A stretch of 64,000 nt of DNA from Octopus vulgaris (taxonomy: Eukaryota), in the NCBI GenBank assembly GCA_951406725.2, contig OX597817.1:49476001-49540000 (forward strand), given 5' to 3'. How positions within the stretch are numbered: the first letter of the stretch is position 1; every line of letters begins with the position of its first letter. The notes under the pieces were generated by a model. The model was not told the origin of the DNA. It saw nothing but the letters and a program-made list of their open reading frames with translations, and ran no database searches. Of this stretch, positions 13,640 through 27,512 are shown piece by piece. Both the position numbers and the translations under genes were made by a program.

Positions 13640-14039
13640 AGTCGGGCTTCCACACAGTTTCCATTTACCAAATTCACTCATAAGTCTTTGGTTGTTTCTG
13701 GGGTTTAGAAGACAAAGAAGGTGCCGCGAAGTGAGGCTGAACCTCAAACCATGTGGTTGCAAAGCGAGCTTTATACAGCCTCGCCTGGGCACACACACAC
13801 ACATACACATATACACATATAATGTGTGTGTGTGTGTGTGTGTGTGTTTGTGTATGTGTGTGTTGGGTTGGTACATAATTATTGCGGCTTTTTTTCAGCA
13901 AATTTTATTCAACAAAAACAATAACAATATTTAACAAAAACATCTTTAAATGATGGTCTGACTGTCTGTCAAGCAAATAGGAAGCAGTAATTGAAGTAGA
14001 TAGTGAATATGTTCCGGAATAATCATTTAAAAATGGTTT

Positions 14040-14425
14040 TGTCACTACCTCAGCCACCACCTCTACCACAACTACTGCCGCTATTACAACCATCACCAGC
14101 ATCATGACCACTATCACCACCACCAACAACAACAACCAACACCAACACCATCCCCCCACCACCACCACCACAACAACAACAACAACAGCAACAACTACCA
14201 ACACAGCCACTATTAGCGTCATCATCATTATCACAGCACTACCAGGACTGCAACAATAAAAAAACGCCACAACCACCACTACCACTAACAACCGTCTCTT
14301 CCACCACCACCAACATCACCACCAACACCATCACCACCACCACCAACATCACCATCACTACCACCACCACCACCACCACAACAACAACCACAACAGCCAA
14401 CACCCACTACCTCCGCTACCACCTT
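14040..14425. repeat. degenerate (CCA/CAA)n low-complexity tract
   Basis: Read directly. Confidence 0.9.
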
Positions 14426-14952
14426 CACAAATATCTTAGTACTTAACAATATTATAATTAACCAGAAAAAAAAACGAAACCGTACCCTCCTCCTCACATA
14501 TCTAATTCCCAAATCCATCGTTATTATATTGTATTAATAGTTTAGAGACGGATTAACGCTGAGAATCAAGGAAAAGAATTTCAAAGATGGTGTCATTGTC
14601 TTTGGTCTAATGACCGAGTGTCATTTCACTCTCCGATTTGTAGTCCAGTCCTGCCCAACTAATGACAGTATGAAACAAAAGGCGTTAAGCCGAAGCGAAA
14701 CGCATGCGCACGCCCACGCCCACGCACACACTGACAGTCATAGTACACACACACACACACACATACACACACACACAGCGAATATAGATAGGTACAGGCG
14801 TGGCTGTGTGGTTGGTAGTTTGCTTACCAACCACATGGTTCCGGGTTCAGTCCCATTGCGTGACACCTTGTGCAAGTGTCTTTTGCCAAAGCCTCGGGCC
14901 AGTCAAAGCCTTCTGAGTAATTTCTGGAGACAGAAACTGAAAACAACCCGTC

Positions 14953-15028
<76 letters not shown>

Positions 15029-15747
15029 ATATTTCGGAATGGTCATATTGCCAGTTTAGCCAATATATATATATATATTTGTATATATACAGGGTGATTG
15101 AAAAGTAACTCACTATTTTAAAATACTTATAATTTATTAACTATAATTTTTTTTTCTCAAATTTGTTGTGTATGTTCTTTAATGAATGGGAATTGATTCT
15201 ATGTTTTTGTTTTTTTTTATTTCAGATAGATTATTCATATAATTCGGTAACAGGTAACATCGCCCACAATTGGGGCCACTACCATATTTTCAATGAACCT
15301 TAGAACTTTTCAAATCTAATGTGTTTGTGGACCATTGTGCATTTGATGGCTTATAGACAATCTTTTGTGTCATGATTTAATTTTCGCTTACATAAGCACT
15401 GGCGTAGCTGTGTGGTAAGAAGTCTGCTTCCTAATTACATGGTTACGGGTTCAATCCCACTGCGTGGTGCTTTGGGCCAGTGTCTTCTACTATAACCTCA
15501 GATCGACCAAGCCTCCTTGTAAGCTCTGCAATTTCGTGAGAAACAAGGTTACTCGATTACATCGACCCGAGTACTCAACTGTTACTTATTTTATGCACCT
15601 CGAATGGATGAAAGACGAAGTCGACCTCAGCGGAATTTGAACTCAGAACGTGAAATCGGAAGAAATGTCTCCAAGCATTTTGTCCGGCGCGGCGGTAATG
15701 ATTCTGCCAACTCGTTGCCTTAAAAGAAATAATAAATTAAAAATTCA

Positions 15748-16010
15748 AGATGACGAGCTGGTAGAAATGTTAGCACGCCAGACGAAATGCTAAACGGTAT
15801 TTCATGTCCTTGTTTGTCCCCTCTATGTTTAGCCCCTTGTGGGTAATAAAGAAATAGGTATTTCATGTCTTTACGCTGTGAGTTCAAATTCCGCCGAGGT
15901 CGACTTTGCCTTCCATCCTTTTGGGGTCGATAAATTAAGTGCCAGTTACGTACTGGGTCGACCGGACCCATCCCCCCAAAGTTTCGGACCTTGTGCGTAG
16001 AGCAGAAAAG
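15748..16010 (+). mobile_element. family A SINE containing a nested 48-bp long-tail insertion with 13-bp TSD
   Basis: GGTATTTCATGTC at 15796-15808 and 15857-15869 flanks CTTGTTTG...AATAAAGAAATA. Confidence 0.8.
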
Positions 16011-16674
16011 AATAAATTAAATATTGGTTTCAAATCATGGCACAAGGCCAGCAATTTTGAGGAGGGGGTAAGTCGTTTACAGTGATCCCCCTCCCCTTCC
16101 TCCAGTGCTCAACTAGTACTAATTTTATCAACTCCGAAAGTCGACTGCAGCGGAATTTGTACCCAGAACGTAAAGACGGATGAAATGCCGATAAGCATTT
16201 TTTCTGGAGTACTAACGATTTTGCCAGCTTTCCTAGTTAAGGAAAAACAATATATTAAAAGAAAAAAAGCCAAAATATTAATAATTTGAAAACATGCAGT
16301 GAAGTTTTGACTCGACGACAATGAGGGAAGTCTTAAACAAAACAAAGCATTAGAAGTCGATGGTACTATGGCCGCAGAATATGGCCTTTGTGCAAATAAA
16401 CAATTATTTACGTTGTCTTGTCTCTTTTTCCATTTCCATTGAATCTTCAATTTTGCGATCTTACTTTAGGGCGAAGGACTAGCAGTCCTCCACCGAAGCC
16501 AAACTCACCGAAGCACAGTTTTTAAGCAAGTATACATTTATATGAAGAGAGAATGATATGAGCATACATACATACACACATTCAAACATACGTAAATGTA
16601 TACATATAGACATACATTATCTCCCCTTCTTCCTAGCTCTCCTGTGTGACCCCTCTGTCCGGCATTCGGCATCA

Positions 16675-16855
16675 TAGATCGCTAGCCACTAAACTCTCTT
16701 CTGTTTTCTCTCCGTTTATTTCTGTATTCCATTCTGTCGAAGAGCGTAGGCTCGAAACGTAAAAGACTTTCTCACTTCCCGAGCGTTAAAATGATACATC
16801 TGTTTGTTGTTTACACACCCATCTTCGTCTTCTGTTTTTTTTTTGCAAATTCTCA
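16675..16855 (+). mobile_element. Penelope-like terminal fragment with minimal hammerhead motif (16729-16766)
   Basis: CTGTCGA-A-GAGC gtag GCTC-GAAA-CG-TA. Homologous copies near 30115, 36143 and 58598, all next to microsatellites. Confidence 0.65.
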
Positions 16856-16868
16856 CAACACACACACA

Positions 16869-16944
<76 letters not shown>

Positions 16945-16946
<2 letters not shown>

Positions 16947-17666
16947 AGGTTGTTCCGAAAATAATGACCGATTCCAGAAACATATTTCTATTCTTGAAAA
17001 ATTAACAATAGAAATGTTTTGATTATGTTTTGGTTATCATAAAGGATCCACTTTTCGTCCCATTGGTGCTTCGCAGAAAGAGCATCGAGCCCACTTCAAA
17101 ACGCCGAACTTTGATTTTCATTGAGCTTATGCAATATCCATTTATCGAGCTTTTTCACCTTACCAATCTTCTGTAGATTGTGTGAGACCGTTGCAATACC
17201 GACACCAAGTACCTGAGACATTTCTCTGAGACTTTGATGATGGTTTTGTTCAACAATTGCTTTCAATTGTTCACTGTCAAAACTGCATTACTGTTCTCTA
17301 CCTTCTTCATCTTCAAGGCCCTCATCACCACTACATAATTTCTGAAACCATCTTTGTACTGTGCGATCACCTGTCTTTTCATATTGGCCGGAGTTTGGGG
17401 AGGCACTGTGCCCAAGCTTGAACTCATGCAAGAAAAGGAAGCGAAGGTTCACTTTTTTTTTTGTCATGTTCATAATTAATGGCGCCTATGCTTCAAGAAT
17501 GTTTTCTGTCTGAAATAAATAGGAAATTATTAAAGAGCATTATTAAAGAGCATAAATCAATCATTAAGTATGTCGAAATTCACCTAAAATATATATAAAA
17601 TACTATGATAAAGTCGCGTTTCAAAACACAACACTTAGAGCGGCCATTGTTTTCGGACCAATCTAA
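16945..17666 (-). mobile_element. internally deleted mariner transposon with both TIRs
   Basis: TIRs TAAGGTTGTTCCGAAAATAATGACCG / CGGCCATTGTTTTCGGACCAATCTAA. Minus translation 17473-17035 gives LFLHEFKLGH, RTVQRWFQK, IGKVKKLDKWILHKL (WVPHEL-like) and DEKWILYDN, with stops and frameshifts. Confidence 0.85.
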
Positions 17667-17769
17667 CATGCATACAAGAATACAAAATCTTTATAATAAA
17701 TTATCAGTAGTTAGCGTGAAAAACCTCATAAGAGAAAAAATCCGTAAATTTTTCCACTTTAAAAATATT

Positions 17770-18208
17770 TATTTATATTATATAGAGGGTACCTATATTC
17801 ATAGATACCGCACGCTATTAGAGGGACCATTGCGGTCAAGACTACTAAAATAAACAAGTTGTACCGAATGCAAAACTTCAAAGTAAGTCATTTAAAAAAA
17901 GAATTTAGTTACATATCACCTGTGATTTCGCAATTAATGCAGAATATGCATTCTATGCTCATCAGTGAAACGAACTCGAGACATATAAGAAAAAACATAA
18001 CATTACAAACCCGACAACCATCCGTAGAACTCGCCGTAGCATGTACGAATGTTTATCTTTATATATCTATGAAAATGGCGAATTCTTTTTTTAAATGACT
18101 TGCTTTGAAGTTTTGCATTCGGTAGAACTTTTTTTATTTTAGTAGTCTTGACCGCAATGGTCCCTCTAATAGCGTGCGGTATCTATGAATATAGGTACCC
18201 TCTATATA

Positions 18209-18217
<9 letters not shown>
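17770..18217. mobile_element. foldback element with ~136-bp arms next to (TA)n
   Basis: 17770-17905 is the near-exact reverse complement of 18081-18217. Confidence 0.8.
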
Positions 18218-18295
<78 letters not shown>

Positions 18296-18345
18296 TTATT
18301 TATTTATTTATATATATTCATATACACTTATTGGCTCACGCACAC

Positions 18346-18395
<50 letters not shown>

Positions 18396-18678
18396 ATACA
18401 TACATATAAACACATGCACATATGTATGTAGGTAAGTAAATACGTCAGTAGTTAAGTAAAATAGAAAACCATAGGAAATTTCCTATAATCCACTAAATTA
18501 CATTTCGGCGTAAAAAAAAACTTTGTCAGAATTCATACGAAAAATAATCCACTCGAAACACTCGGAAGCTTATCTTGATGTCTGGGTTACACATAACTAT
18601 TTGTACAGTCACCTTTCTATTTTAATCTAAATAATTTTTTTAATAATATGATGTTTCAACATGGCTATATGGTTAAGC

Positions 18679-19057
18679 GTGGAAGCGCAATAGCCCAGTG
18701 CTTAGCGAAGCGGACTCGCGGTCATAGGATCGCGGTTTCGATTCCCAACCGGGCGTTGCGAGTGTTTATTGAGCAAAAACACCTAAAGCTCCACGAGACT
18801 CCGCCAGGGGGTGGTAGCGAACCCCGCTGTATTCTTTCACTGCAACTTTCTTTCATTCTTTCTTCCTGTTTCTGTTGTACATGTATTTCAAAGATCCGGC
18901 CTTGGCATACTCTGTGTCACGCAGAGTCTTCCAGAGAACTACGTTAAAGGGTACACGTGTCGGTGTAGTGCTCAGGCACTTGCACGTTAATTTCACGAGC
19001 AGGCTGTTCTATTGATCGGATCAACTGGAAGCCTCGTCGTCGTAACCGACGGAGTGC
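18679..19057 (+). mobile_element. SINE head C + tail 1
   Basis: Homologous to 4064 and 24047. Confidence 0.85.
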
Positions 19058-19197
19058 TAAGCAGTTCGGTTCGAAAGCATATGATTTCGACTTAACTTCC
19101 ACCCTATTGAACCTTCCTCTTGCACCATTGTCCTGAATAGAATAACAGCTTAAGAGTGAATTTGTTAGATTAAGACTATGTAGACTCCTGTCGCGCG

Positions 19198-19269
<72 letters not shown>

Positions 19270-19379
19270 CTTTTCTAGTCTTGGCACAAGGCTGGAAATT
19301 TTGGGGAGGGGCCAATCGATTAGATCGACCCCAGTACGGAACTGGTACTTCATTTTTTGACCCTAAAACCTCATCTACG

Positions 19380-19925
19380 TTCTCACATGCGCCGGTTGCC
19401 AACACAATTATGTTGGACAAACGAGCCTTCCTTTACGCAGAAGAATAGCAGTCCATAAAGAACAGATAAATTTCCCACAATACCGTCGAATTCCACTCAG
19501 TAGCCACATAGACTCTTGCGCTAGAGATAAAAATTCCAAATTTCACATATTCCCTTTCTACCAATGTGAAGACAGAATCACTACACAAGAAAGAATCAAC
19601 AAGGAGAATTCTTTTATTGAAAAATTCCAAGCGCGTCTTAACATGCAAACACCACGGTGACCATACTCCTTTTTCTAGCATCCTATCTGACAAAAAATTG
19701 ATATAAGCATCCTGTTTGACAAAAAATCCACCATTTCAATTAAAGAGCATAAAATCCACATAATTGTCTCCCCTTACTCACAGGAACTGGATACCTCCTA
19801 CCCCATTTGCTGTTTTGACACACAATCACCCACTCTTTCAAAATATACTCTACACTTGAACACATGCATCCAAATCCTCCAAAGAAGTTTTTCCAAGGAT
19901 TATTATTGAACTCTAAAAGCATAAA
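19380..19925 (-). pseudogene. possible highly decayed L1/Tx1-like ORF2 (RT) fragment
   Basis: Broken minus-strand peptides FCQIGC and SPWCLHVKTRLEFFNKRI weakly resemble RQGCPLSPLLY..LEPLLRKL (recalled motif). Confidence 0.3.
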
Positions 19926-20232
19926 GACTCTAAAATGTATTGGTATACTTATTTATTAATTTTTGTATATATGTATTATTATTTTTTTGAAAAAACATTG
20001 TAAACTTCTTTTTCCCCTTCCTCAATTAAAAAAAAAAATTTCCCTTCCAAATCTTGAAAATTTGCCTTGTGCCGAAAGCTGGTTTGATTTATTATTTTTT
20101 CTTCTTTTTTAATTTTCCAAACACCCATTTTTATTAAAATTTACTTTCAATTTAGCATTCTGCCTTATTATAATTTTTCCTCGCCTATCATTTCTCCATG
20201 TGCGGTTAACACAACCCCACTATTTATTGACT

Positions 20233-20317
<85 letters not shown>

Positions 20318-21011
20318 GTATGTATGTATGTATGTATGTATGTATGTATGTATGTATGTATGTGTGTATGTATGTATAAGTATATCTTTTCCTTGACTCA
20401 CAGATTAGACTGCGATAATTCTGGGGCACCGCCTTGAAGAATTTTAGTCTAATGAATCGAGCCCCCTCCCCAGCGCATATTATTTTTCTCTTTAAGGGTG
20501 ACACTTATTCTGTCAGGCTCTAAGCCCAGACTTGCTCACGTACGCACGCACGCACACACACACACATACACATATATATATATATACGATGGGCTTCTTT
20601 CAGTTTCCGTCAGCCAAATCCACTGACAAGGCTTTGGTCGGCCCGAGGCTAGAGTAGAAGACCTTTGCCGAAGGTACCACGCAGAAGGACTGAACCTGGA
20701 ACCACATTGATAAGGAGCGAGCATTTTACCACACAACCACGTCTGCACCTATATATGTGTTTGTGTGTGCGTGTGTGCGAGTATGTGAGTGTGTGCGCGC
20801 GAGTGTGGGTGTGTGTATGCATGTGTGTATGCATGTGTGTGTGTGTATGTGTGTGTGTATGTATGTGCGCGCGCGTGTGTTTGTGTGTGTGTGTGTGTGA
20901 GTGAGTGTGTACACGTCACTTAGCTTCTTGATGGATAAAGTTTTTCAGGCGACAACATTCTGAAACCTATCAAAACTGGAAAACCGGCAACAGGGATCAT
21001 ATTTACAAACG

Positions 21012-21066
<55 letters not shown>

Positions 21067-21341
21067 GCACACGCACGCACATATCCACACATGCACACAC
21101 ATGCATGCATACATACATTCATACATGCATTTATACATATCTTCATCTATATATATATATATATATATATAAATTTATATATATATATATGCATGTATAT
21201 TATTCATGTGGGTATATATTTACGTACGTACGTACTTATGTATGCATATGCATACATATATATCCATGTATGAATGTGTATACTTATTTATACGCATAAT
21301 ATGCATACGTGCATATACAAACACACACACACACATACATG

Positions 21342-21375
<34 letters not shown>

Positions 21376-21845
21376 AATATGTGTGTGTGTGTGAGTGTGT
21401 GGGTGTGGGTGTATGTGTGTGTTTACGCACATGCAACTGGATACGTATAATTGTAAATAAACACATGATAAAAATAAAGAAACAGATAAACAATGAACAA
21501 GTTATTATATGAAGGAGAAGGAAATATTTTCATAGAACTGAAACTCAAACCGAATGTGGCTTAAGGACCTCTTTTCCGTGCTTGAAGCGATCAACCGTTA
21601 TAACAGTTATAAGCGGTCAATAACCGATAGGAGAATTTTTTTTTTGCCAAGTTTCATATATACATATCAAATATATATACGAATATCTGTAAGTTTTAAA
21701 ATGTATTTGTATATACAAAAAAACCCACATATATACATAGATATATGTTCACACGCGTATCTATATATATAGATAGATGCATGCTTTTATATGTATGAGT
21801 ATGAACATATATACATAGATATACATGTATTATACATACATGCGT

Positions 21846-21881
<36 letters not shown>

Positions 21882-21921
21882 TTATACACACACATTTACT
21901 TACATATACTTATTTATATAC

Positions 21922-21954
<33 letters not shown>

Positions 21955-21960
21955 TATATA

Positions 21961-22000
<40 letters not shown>

Positions 22001-22056
22001 CATACATATATATACACACACACACAAACATACGTAAACTTATAAATATATATATA

Positions 22057-22096
<40 letters not shown>

Positions 22097-22185
22097 CATA
22101 CATATATATACACACACACACAAACATACATAAACTTATAAATATATATATATATATATATATATACATACATATATATATATAT

Positions 22186-22460
22186 GTGAAGGCGCATGGC
22201 TCAGTGGTTAGAGCGTCGAGCTTACGATCGTGAGGTTGTGAGCTCGAATCCCGGACCGAGTTGCGACGTCACTGGTGCCAAGCTGTATCGACCTTTGTCT
22301 TTCCCTTGGATAACACTGGTGGCGTGGAGAGGGGAGGCTGGTATGCATGGGCGACTGCTGGTCTTCCATAAACAACCTTGCCCGGACTTATGTCTAGGAG
22401 GGTAACTTTCTAGGTGCAATCCCATGGTCATTCATGACCGAAGGGGGTCTTTACCCTTTT
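22186..22460 (+). mobile_element. SINE head D + tail 4
   Basis: A box TGGCTCAGTGG, B box GAGCTCGAATCCC, tail ...CATGACCGAAGGGGGTCTTTACCCTTT; second copy at 32088-32385. Confidence 0.85.
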
Positions 22461-22706
22461 TATATACATATATACATATACAAATATGTATATAAATATG
22501 TACATACACAGGAAACACAGATGCGGGCAGCGGCCTTGAACTCCCTTGTTGACCAAGTTACACGTATCAGAGGTGGTTTCACATACTAGTGTAGCACAGT
22601 CAACGGTGGTGCCCCAGCATGGCCACAGCTTTCGGGCTGAAACATTTTAAAGGAGTTAGGAATTATACATATATATACATATTTATATGCATATATATGT
22701 ATTCAT

Positions 22707-22840
<134 letters not shown>

Positions 22841-22842
22841 TG

Positions 22843-22966
<124 letters not shown>

Positions 22967-24046
22967 AATTGGTTTCATACAAAGCACTTTTGAAGGAAAC
23001 CAATGTCAACGTTCGTTAGAAGAATTGTAAGGAAGTGTATGGCGACAGCTCTTTGCCACTGGAGACTGGGAAGAATCACCTCCAGTTTATGGGTTTTGTA
23101 AATAATCGGAATGGGTATATAACGTGCGGGAGGAGCCTAGAAGCGAGATTTTTTTTTTCTCGTTAGATTTATGTCCCTTAGATAAGGATCAGGCAATACC
23201 GTCATGATATAAGGAATTAGGTCTCATGCAAGCAGGATGATGTGGGTGGATAAGCAAGTAGGGGCGACGAATGCCTTGTAAGTAAATTTGGAACACAGCG
23301 TGGATGCCTGACGTGTTTGTGCGTGTTTGTGTGTGTGTGTGAGTGAGTGTGTGTGAGTGTGTGTGTGTGAGTGTGTGAGTGTGTGTGTGTGTGAGTGTGT
23401 GTGTGTGTGTTTATCTTTTACCACTTGCAAACCGGTGTTTGTTTGTTTACGCCTTTGTAACATAGCGGCTCGGGTAAGGAATCGACAAAATACTACCAGG
23501 CTTTAAAAAATAAGTCCTGGAGTCTATTTGTCCGATTAAACCCCTTCAAGGCGGTACTCCAGCATGACCACAGTCTATTCCATGAAATCAGTAAAAGATA
23601 AAATCCTCCTTTATCGCTTGTAAAACTTAAGACTCTAATTTGGGTGGTTGTAAATCGGAGTGTCGCTTTGATGTCATGATATTTCGACCGCCCGGGATAC
23701 GGTAGATACGTTGTTCGAATTCCGATGATGGCTGTCTAACTTTTTCTTCCTTGCTAGAAACAGCAATCAAATCTTCCTAAATTTATACCTTTTTTATGTT
23801 AAATCCCAAACAAAAACAGTCTGGATAATGTGTGGGGGGAAAAATGACATGATGGCCACGACTGGTATGTTTTTGATTATAGGATTGCTTGATTAGGGAT
23901 GTCTTTGGATTAAACAGAAATAGCTGCTGCTGCTGCTGCTACTACTACTACTATTACTATTACTACTACTACTAATACTACTACTACTACTACCATCGCC
24001 ACCACCACCACCACCACCATCACTACTAATATTCCTACTACCTGTA

Positions 24047-24431
24047 GGGAAGCACTCCGTCGGTTACGACGACGAGGGTTCCGGTTGATCCGAATCAACG
24101 GAACAGCCTGCTCGTGAAATTAACGTGTAAGTGGCTGAGCGCTCCACAGATACGTGTACCCTTCATGTAGTTCTCGGGGATATTCAGCGTGACACAGAGA
24201 GTGACAAGACCGGCCCTTTGAAATACAGGTACAACAGAAACAGGAAGTAAGAGTGAGAGAAAGTTGTGGTGAAAGAGTACAGCAGGGATCACCACCATCC
24301 CCTGCCGGAACCTCGTGGAGCTTTAGGTGTTTTCGTTCAATAAACACTCACAACGCCCGGTCTGGGAATCGAAACCGCGATCCTATGACCGCGAATCCGC
24401 TGCCCTAACCACTGGGCCATTGCGCCTCCAC
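24047..24431 (-). mobile_element. SINE head C + tail 1 with 14-bp TSD
   Basis: TCCTACTACCTGTA at 24033-24046 and 24432-24445. Confidence 0.92.
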
Positions 24432-24608
24432 TCCTACTACCTGTACCACTACTACGACAGATAATACTGTTACTGCTCCTAAAACATCCATCGTGGACCT
24501 CGTCGTGAACGAAGTTGAGGATTGAGCAATTCTTTTGTTGAGCAACCTCACAGATGATTTGTCTCCAGTGGTAAAACAGCTGAGCTGTATATTCTTAGCT
24601 TGTTCCCT

Positions 24609-24743
24609 CCGGCTCTTTCTCTATTGGCAAGAAATCTTTAAATAAACTGAATAATGACATACATACACCCTGTTGTTGATGTTGAATTTCCAATGAAGGA
24701 GCCTTGGATCTAGGTTAGAAACCGACTCTTTCTGAACAATGAC
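24609..24743 (+). repeat. (TACA)n-associated ~112-bp unit (rearranged copy)
   Basis: Reverse complement of the unit repeated at 39513, 39973 and 40214. Confidence 0.75.
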
Positions 24744-25364
24744 ATACATACATACATACGTACATACATGCATACATACATACATACATACATATATACA
24801 TACATACGTAGGTACATACATACATACATACATACATACATACATACATACGTAGGTACATACATACATACATACATACATACATACATACATACATACA
24901 TACATACATACGTAGGTACATACATACATACATACATACATACATACATACATACATACATACATACGTACGTACGTACATACATATATAAACGCTGATG
25001 TATAAAAATAGATTTAATTAAACTAAAATTCAACGATGGAACACACCCAGCAACAGAACTACTGCGGTTTCCAACAATTATTGAAGTCATTATCAGTTTT
25101 AGAACCGCTTGGACGCATTTTCTCTCCAGTTGTAAAGAATTATGTGAATACTTCATAGAAATACTATTTAGGTTTAGAAATCTTTAACAATAGCTTTTGG
25201 TTATACGGTGATGTGTTTTAGTGAATAAATTGTATGAGTTCTACAAAGGATATCTCTATATGGAGTTCGTAGATTATGTGTGTGTGTGTGTGCTTAGCGT
25301 ATCAATGCACATGTGAGAATAAGCATGCGTATCTTTATTTTATTTTTTTTATTTTATTATTTTT

Positions 25365-25765
25365 TATTTTACTTGTTTCAGTCATTTGACTGTGGCCTCG
25401 CTGGAGCACCGCCTTTAGTCGAGCAAATCTACACCAGGACTTATTCTTTCTAAGCCTAGTACTTATTCTATCGGTCTCTTTTGCCGAACCGCTAAGTTAC
25501 GGGGACATAAGCACACCAGCATCGGTTGTCAAGCGATGTTGGGAGGGGGGGACAATAACAGACACACAAACACACACACAAATATATATATATACATATA
25601 TACGACGGGCTTCTTTCAGTTTCCGTCTACCAAATCCACTCACAAGGCTTTGGTCGGCCGGAGGCTATAGTAGAAGACTCTTGCCCAAGGTGCCACGCAG
25701 TGCGACTGAACCCGGAACCATGTGGTTCGTAAGCAAGCTACTTACCACACAACCACTCCTACGCC
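25365..25765 (-). mobile_element. family B SINE, full length
   Basis: Homologous to 12900 and 40683. Confidence 0.88.
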
Positions 25766-26918
25766 AATATGTTTGAGAATTATATATGTGTGCGTGTGTG
25801 CGTGTCTTTGTGTGTATGTGAATACCCGTACTAATATTTTATTCCCTATAGACTTATAGGATATTTTTGCAGCAGAAGGTCAGCTGATATATTTTTATCT
25901 ATATCTGTGATTAAAAGGGTGGGGAAATCAAGTTTTCTCGCGAACACTGTATTTCCAGTTGTACGCTAATTGTTGTATTGTTGACAAGGAGTCACCACGT
26001 ATTTACTTAGTATTTGTGAAAGCTGGCTGACACAGACAATACGCAACACTTCACTGCACTCTAGCGAAGACAACAATACAAATAGAATCATGGCGGATAT
26101 ACAGCATACATGTAAACATAGTTTCTACTATAGGCACAAGGCCTGAAATTTTGGGGAAAGGGTCTAGTTGTTTACATCGATCCTAGTGCTCAAATGGTAC
26201 TATAATAAAGAAAGCTGCTTATTAATTAGTTATGAATATATAACTTCTGATGAAAGAAAACACATTAAAATCGGCACTGTCTATAAAAATCTTAAAAATT
26301 CTAATTTTGATGTTTTGTTTTTTATCGGAATAAGGTTTGTAAGTTTCTTTTATTACTGAAGATTTTTCAAGTACACGGTCCAATCAGAAAACTAATTTCA
26401 ATTTTCTGTGAGATAGTTAACAGTTTTTTAACATCTTACACTGTTTCCGTCTACCAAATCCACTCACAAGGTTTTGGTCGGCCCGAGGGCTATAGTAGAA
26501 GACTCATGCTTAAGGTGCAATGCAGTGGGACTGAACCCGGAACCATGTAGTTCGTAAGCAAGCTACTTACCACACAGCCAATCCTACGCCAATATGGGAT
26601 AAAGTGATGTCATCTATTCCAGTGCGGTACCGGTACTTTATTTTATCAACCCCCAACAAGATGGCCAAGTGGTTAGAGTGTTGCACGTACGACCGGAAGA
26701 TCACGGTTTCGATTCCCTGCCTGCGAGGTGTGTAGAATTCTTGAGCAAAACTCAATTTCGCGTTGGTCTAGTCCACTCAATTGCAAATGAGTAAGCAAAC
26801 GACAGGCTGACATCCCCGTTCAGGGGAGGATAGCGTGATCTCGGTCACTTAGAAGTCAAGCAAACCGAGTAACAACCCCTATGAGCTCTAGGACTCGGAC
26901 AGTAATGTATAGGGTTTT

Positions 26919-26974
<56 letters not shown>

Positions 26975-27188
26975 GATGGTGGTGGTGATGGTGGTGGTGA
27001 TGATGGTGATGGTGGTGGTGGTGGTGATGATGATGATGATGATGATGATGATGGTGATGATGATGGTGATGATGATGATGATGATGATGATGGTGGTGGT
27101 GATGGTGGTAGTGATAGTGATGGTGATGATGATGATGATGATGGTGATGGTGATGATGGTGATGGTGGTGATGGTGATGGTGATGGTG

Positions 27189-27220
<32 letters not shown>

Positions 27221-27375
27221 GATGATGATGATGGTGATGGTGGTGGTGGTGGTGATGATGATGATGATGGTGGTGGTGATAGTGATGGTGATGATGATGA
27301 TGATGGTGATGGTGATGGTGATGGTGATGGTGGTGATGGGGATGGTGGTGATGGTGATGATGATGATGATGATGG
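26919..27375. repeat. (ATG/GTG)n trinucleotide array
   Basis: Read directly; gives the poly-M/V pseudo-ORF. Confidence 0.95.
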
Positions 27376-27512
27376 AACGATGAAAGGTAAAGTTGACCTC
27401 AGCAGGATCTAAACTCAGTATATAATGAGTAGGAACAAATACCACAAAAGTATTATAGCGACATCCCAAAGATTCTACCAACATGCCTCCATTCATGAGG
27501 ATATACAATAAC

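Noticed and set aside
15089-15380. TACAGGGTG Tc1/mariner-like end (similar ends near 59863 and 59923)
   Set aside because: No matching second TIR or transposase found.
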